Shown here one piece after another: positions 36,000-40,557 of a stretch of 40,557 nt of DNA. The position numbers and the translations under genes are program-made. This DNA comes from a virus (lineage: Duplodnaviria > Caudoviricetes): IMG/VR virus record IMGVR_UViG_3300035338_000018, positions 1 to 40,557 of that record. One strand, given 5' to 3'. The notes beneath the pieces are model-generated. The model did no database searches and was not told where the DNA came from. It saw only the letters and a program-made list of their open reading frames with translations. Each line of letters begins with the position of its first letter. Positions within the stretch are counted from its first letter, which is position 1.

Positions 36000-38900
36000 T
36001 TATACCACCATATTTACACTCATGAGTTCAGCCTGCTTAATAACAGTTTCAATTGCATCCTTCGCCTGATCTGGTGGGTACTTATATTTGCGCAACAGAT
36101 GCTTAATCTGAGTTCGCATATAAGCTCGCGCTGATTGTTTTTTATCCCAATCAACAGTCCTGCTTTTTTGAATAAGTGCCGTCAACTCATGGGCCATCTC
36201 AACAAGTATTGAATCTTCCATATTTCTAAGTACTTCCGGATCAGCAACAAGCGCATCATAAAACGCCAATTCCTCCGGCGACAAGCCTTTCTCATCACCT
36301 GCAGCATAAGCTTCCGTCATTTCCTTCGAAAGATTTAGAAGTTCCTCAATGACCTCCGCACTGGTTATCATTCTATTATTGTATCGTTTTAGTACATCTT
36401 GCATTTTTTCTGAAAAAAGCTGTGCCTTTACAACACCTGTCCTTGCAAACACTCTAATATTATCTTCTAACAGGCTACGCAACATTTCTGCAGCTATATT
36501 TTTATGCTTCATTTTGCGCACTTGAGCCATATATTCATCTGACAATAAGGAAATCTCAGGATTTTTCTGACCAGATTGTTCAAAGATATTAACCACACCA
36601 TCCTGTTTGATAGCTTGTTCAAGCATCTTCATAATGCGAGCATTAATCTCGTTGGATGTAATCTTCCCTTTGCCACCAACTTTACAAAGTCCAGCCTTTA
36701 CACATTTGAAAAATTCAATTTCTTTTTTATCATGTTCATCCATAAGACTACGACAAAGTGTCTCGGCTTGACTAAGCGCTGTCGCTTCCTTAATGTATTC
36801 CTTCGATTCATCTTCTTCAAATCCAAGAGCAAATTCCACACCATCAGCGATCACTTTCAATCGCTGCATATCAGATTCTCCAAAAAAACCGTTGTAATTA
36901 AAGCCATAGAACATATCACGCATAACTTCCAGTTTTGCCATCGCAATAGAATAAGCAATACCAAGATCCGGTACCTTGTCCTGATCTCTCTTTGTATATT
37001 GATTCAATGCAGCTTTTAATTCTGCTGCCATTCCTATGTAATCAACAATCAGTCCCGCTTCTTTATCTTTATATACCCTGTTTACACGAGCTATGGCCTG
37101 CATAAGATTGTGGCCTTTCATTGGCTTATCTATATACATTGTTGCCATTGAGGGAACATCAAATCCTGTTAGCCACATATCTACAACGATAGCAATCTTA
37201 AAATCACTGTTGTTATCCTTAAATTCAATCATTAAACCGTCTCGATATGCTTTGTTCCCTATAATATCATGCCAATCTTCTGGGTCCTGATTGCTTGATG
37301 TAAGAACCACTTTAACTTTTTTATCCCATTCAGGACGTTTCTCTAATAGTGTCTTGTACAAATTGATTGCTATACGCCGAGTCATACAAACAATCATTGC
37401 CTTACCCGTCAAAACATATTGGCGATCCTCATAGTGAGCAATAATATCATCAGCCAACATATTCAGACGATCCGAAGATCCAACAATCGCTTCAATGCCT
37501 GAAAGATCCGTTTTCGATTTCTCTATTTCAATTTCCGTGGACTCTCCCGCTAATTCCGCGTATTCTTTATCTATTTGTTTCAATATATCTTCATTAAGTT
37601 TAAGCTTTGGTGTTCTATTTTCATAATAAATCGGTACCGTTGCACCATCATCCACTGCTTGTGTCATATCATAAATATCTATGTACTTACCAAACACCTC
37701 AATAGTAGACTTGTCCTTCATGTCAATTGGAGTTCCAGTAAAACCAATGAATGTAGCGTTTGGAAGAGCGTCACGCATATGTTTTGCCATACCGTATTTC
37801 CATTCACCAGTTTCTCTATCGAGTTTAGCTTCCATGCCATACTGAGAACGATGTGCTTCATCCGCCATGAAGATAATATTGCTACGATCGTTGATAATGT
37901 CATTACCTTCCTCAAACTTCTGAATGGTAGTGAATACAATTCCTCCAGCCTTAACCTTTAATAGTTCCTTTAATCCATTAGGCTTTCCACTTCTACACTC
38001 TGCCTGCTTCGGTGTCTGACGCAAAAGCAGCTTTGAACTGGCACTGAAAGTTCCAAAGAGCTGATTGTCCAGATCGTTACGATCAGTGAGCACTACGATA
38101 GTTGGATTCTCAAATTCCGGATCACTAACAACAATACCGGAATAGAATACCATTGATAAGCTTTTGCCGCTGCCTTGGGTATGCCAAACAACACCGACCT
38201 TACGGCTCTTTTCTTTTAATGCTTTTCTAGTGCTTTCCACCGCCTTGCGCACTGCAAAATACTGGTGGTAGCCAGCCAATATTTTTATAGTTTTTCCTTG
38301 TATATCCTGAAATACAATGAAGTTTCGGATGATATCCAACAACCGTTTTTTAGGAAACATCCCGTTAAGCGCTACAGTAAAAAAATCTGTCATATTTTCC
38401 GCAGGCTTTTCCCCATCCTCTGACTTCCATGCCATGTAACGGGTATAGTCAGATGTAATGGTTCCCACTCTAGTATCAATACCATCGCTGATAACATTAA
38501 ATGCATTGTACTTGAACAAGGAAGGAATATCCAGCTGATAATTCTTAACCTGCATGTAAGCTTGTTCAACTGTGGTGTTATCATTTGCCATATTTTTTAA
38601 TTCAAAAAGAATCATAGGAATTCCATTGATGAACACCAAAATGTCTGGACGTTTATTCTTATACTCAATAATTGTGTATTGATTTATGACTTTAAAATCA
38701 TTTAAAGTTGGATTATCAAAATCTATTAATTTTACAGTGAATGTACGATTTTCCTTATCTTTCTGGTATGGTATTGGCACTCCTTCCACAATATACTTAT
38801 GAAAGGATGCATTTAGGTCCTCTACTCTCAAAAGCCCTAGGTTCTTTATTTCCTTATAGGCTTCAGAAATTATTTCTTGAGTTATACCAGAATTTATATT

Positions 38901-39050
38901 TAACATTGAAGCTCGAAAGCAATCCTCCAAGATTACCTCATGATAGTCTCGGTCGATGTCTGGGCCATATACATATTCATAACCTTTTTCCTGAAGCTCT
39001 GAAATAATAGCTTGTTCTAATGTATTCTCATTAATTGGCACTGTTTTCAC
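36000..39050 (-). CDS. hsdR: Type I restriction endonuclease subunit R
   Basis: RPDI...NGIP...ELK nuclease, WHTQGSGKS, DEAH, FTGTP, MWLTGFD, QAIARVNR. Confidence 0.95.
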   Translation of the reverse strand: MKTVPINENTLEQAIISELQEKGYEYVYGPDIDRDYHEVILEDCFRASMLNINSGITQEIISEAYKEIKNLGLLRVEDLNASFHKYIVEGVPIPYQKDKENRTFTVKLIDFDNPTLNDFKVINQYTIIEYKNKRPDILVFINGIPMILFELKNMANDNTTVEQAYMQVKNYQLDIPSLFKYNAFNVISDGIDTRVGTITSDYTRYMAWKSEDGEKPAENMTDFFTVALNGMFPKKRLLDIIRNFIVFQDIQGKTIKILAGYHQYFAVRKAVESTRKALKEKSRKVGVVWHTQGSGKSLSMVFYSGIVVSDPEFENPTIVVLTDRNDLDNQLFGTFSASSKLLLRQTPKQAECRSGKPNGLKELLKVKAGGIVFTTIQKFEEGNDIINDRSNIIFMADEAHRSQYGMEAKLDRETGEWKYGMAKHMRDALPNATFIGFTGTPIDMKDKSTIEVFGKYIDIYDMTQAVDDGATVPIYYENRTPKLKLNEDILKQIDKEYAELAGESTEIEIEKSKTDLSGIEAIVGSSDRLNMLADDIIAHYEDRQYVLTGKAMIVCMTRRIAINLYKTLLEKRPEWDKKVKVVLTSSNQDPEDWHDIIGNKAYRDGLMIEFKDNNSDFKIAIVVDMWLTGFDVPSMATMYIDKPMKGHNLMQAIARVNRVYKDKEAGLIVDYIGMAAELKAALNQYTKRDQDKVPDLGIAYSIAMAKLEVMRDMFYGFNYNGFFGESDMQRLKVIADGVEFALGFEEDESKEYIKEATALSQAETLCRSLMDEHDKKEIEFFKCVKAGLCKVGGKGKITSNEINARIMKMLEQAIKQDGVVNIFEQSGQKNPEISLLSDEYMAQVRKMKHKNIAAEMLRSLLEDNIRVFARTGVVKAQLFSEKMQDVLKRYNNRMITSAEVIEELLNLSKEMTEAYAAGDEKGLSPEELAFYDALVADPEVLRNMEDSILVEMAHELTALIQKSRTVDWDKKQSARAYMRTQIKHLLRKYKYPPDQAKDAIETVIKQAELMSVNMVV

Positions 39051-39082
39051 ATCCTTTCATGTATTAAAATTTATCGTACTAA

Positions 39083-39724
39083 CTAGAACTTTATATGATT
39101 TAAATACTTTATCAATTTTTTCCATTCTGAATAATCCCATTTTATATTATTGTATTTATCTACTTTTCGTAAGATAAAACACTTTGGTTTCAAATCCTGT
39201 AGATTAAACTGTTTCAATATCCTTTGATTTACGTTTTCCCATTTTTCTTTTACTTCCTGTTTGCTACCGCGAATGGAATATGTCTCTTTTTGCAAGTCAT
39301 CTATTCCCTTTTCGGAAACGTTATACCAATCACAATTATATATTCTCCATTCAATTCCATTTGTATAGATAACATATTTAAACCATAACAAATGACCAAT
39401 CAATTGCGATTTATCTTCGTCTTTTAAAAGCAATTCCACCCCTACATATTTTGCTTCTAATGCACCCAAAATCATATTTTTAGTTTTCTCTTTTATTCCA
39501 TACTCTTTATCAATTAAAACAAAATCCGGAAATCCCTTTATTCCCCAAAAGAGAAATTCATCTTGATCAATCGTTCTTTTTCTATCACAAACATTTCTAA
39601 CCGATATTTTTTTGAACGCTTTTCTTTCCTTTAAAATATTGAAAATGATATTATATAAATCATGCTCAACATTATTTTGTTTTTCTATCAGTTCTATTTC
39701 TTCAATATACTCTTTCCAAGTCAT
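39083..39724 (-). CDS. Stand-alone PD-(D/E)xK nuclease-like protein resembling the HsdR N-terminal domain
   Basis: GFPDF...LEAK...SQL..H...YTNGIEWRIY. Confidence 0.6.
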   Translation of the reverse strand: MTWKEYIEEIELIEKQNNVEHDLYNIIFNILKERKAFKKISVRNVCDRKRTIDQDEFLFWGIKGFPDFVLIDKEYGIKEKTKNMILGALEAKYVGVELLLKDEDKSQLIGHLLWFKYVIYTNGIEWRIYNCDWYNVSEKGIDDLQKETYSIRGSKQEVKEKWENVNQRILKQFNLQDLKPKCFILRKVDKYNNIKWDYSEWKKLIKYLNHIKF

Positions 39725-39829
39725 AATAGCCCTTCTTAAAATTTATCGCCTAAACTATTCTAGATTATTGCGCAGAAAGCAAGCTGTTTTATACTCAATG
39801 TACAACTTTAATTTGTATAGACAATTTCT

Positions 39830-40264
39830 CTATTCAATGTCATTTCTTCGGATTTCATGCAAACCTTCTAATCCACCATCTCTCCATCCCTTAAAAGTAT
39901 ATACTCGTTTGGATATTCTTCTACCTGAACCTGATAATCCTAAACTTACATTGCCCTCTTCAGCATTTAGACCAACTTTCCCTTCTCCTGCCCCCTCATA
40001 ATACTCTTCGATAATAACTTCTTTAGCAGTATCTATGCGTCTTGCTATAGCTATTTCTTGAGCAACTTTTGCTTGTGATTCTGCCATTTGCATTTCAATT
40101 TTCTGTTTTAAGGCCATTTTTTGTAAATCTTCAACATTCCCATTATTTGATACTTCGTTTGTTTTTTCAATACTCTTTTCTACAGTTTCCACGACAGCCC
40201 AAGTAATTGGGCTTGTATACTTTAGAACCATCATAGAAGCTTTGGCAATATCATTTACATCCAT
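39830..40264 (-). CDS. Hypothetical protein (helical/coiled-coil N-half, beta-rich C-half)
   Basis: 144 aa from ATG 40264 after AAGGAG. Confidence 0.7.
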   Translation of the reverse strand: MDVNDIAKASMMVLKYTSPITWAVVETVEKSIEKTNEVSNNGNVEDLQKMALKQKIEMQMAESQAKVAQEIAIARRIDTAKEVIIEEYYEGAGEGKVGLNAEEGNVSLGLSGSGRRISKRVYTFKGWRDGGLEGLHEIRRNDIE

Positions 40265-40353
40265 AAATACTCTCCTTAATTTTTTATTCAAAATATTCTT
40301 GTATAATAGAATCAATGGTCTTCATTTTATATTAAAATTTAACTACTATGTAT

Positions 40354-40557
40354 CTACGGTCTACCTCCCTGACATTGAGGACATTTTCTTTGATAAATAT
40401 CCGTACCGTTAGCTTTATATTTGTAATGACAGTCTAGACATTCCATTTCATAAAACCATTGACCATGATCCGAACCAATTTCTTCCGTTTTTCCATTATT
40501 TCTTTGATTATTACGGTTTATTGAACCTGCCACAGTCGATGGAGATTGCTTTTTCAT
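40354..40557 (-). CDS. Small zinc-ribbon protein
   Basis: CLDC...CPQC. Confidence 0.7.
   Translation of the reverse strand: MKKQSPSTVAGSINRNNQRNNGKTEEIGSDHGQWFYEMECLDCHYKYKANGTDIYQRKCPQCQGGRP

Overview
An apparently complete temperate Siphovirus-type prophage of a low-GC Firmicute (Clostridia-like), almost entirely on the minus strand. From the right end it contains: (1) a defence-like block with a type I restriction R subunit and three small unknown genes, with no hsdM/hsdS in the window; (2) an ImmR/ImmA-type immunity switch with divergent promoters and operators; (3) a replication module (DUF2800, DUF2815, family A DNA polymerase, P4-type primase/helicase, iteron-like origin, VRR-NUC, SNF2); (4) a late activator and late promoter, HNH, a cos-like region and a ParB-fused DNA methyltransferase; (5) terminase, two morons (DUF1643-like and HTH-Fic), an HK97-type head and a long non-contractile tail with a -1 frameshifted chaperone; (6) a lysis cassette; (7) a four-gene integration module with two full large serine recombinases, a catalytic-domain-less recombinase-domain protein and a SHOCT-like protein. 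Family names come from recognised motifs and synteny, not from database searches. Several start codons were moved from the ORF track to RBS-supported starts.
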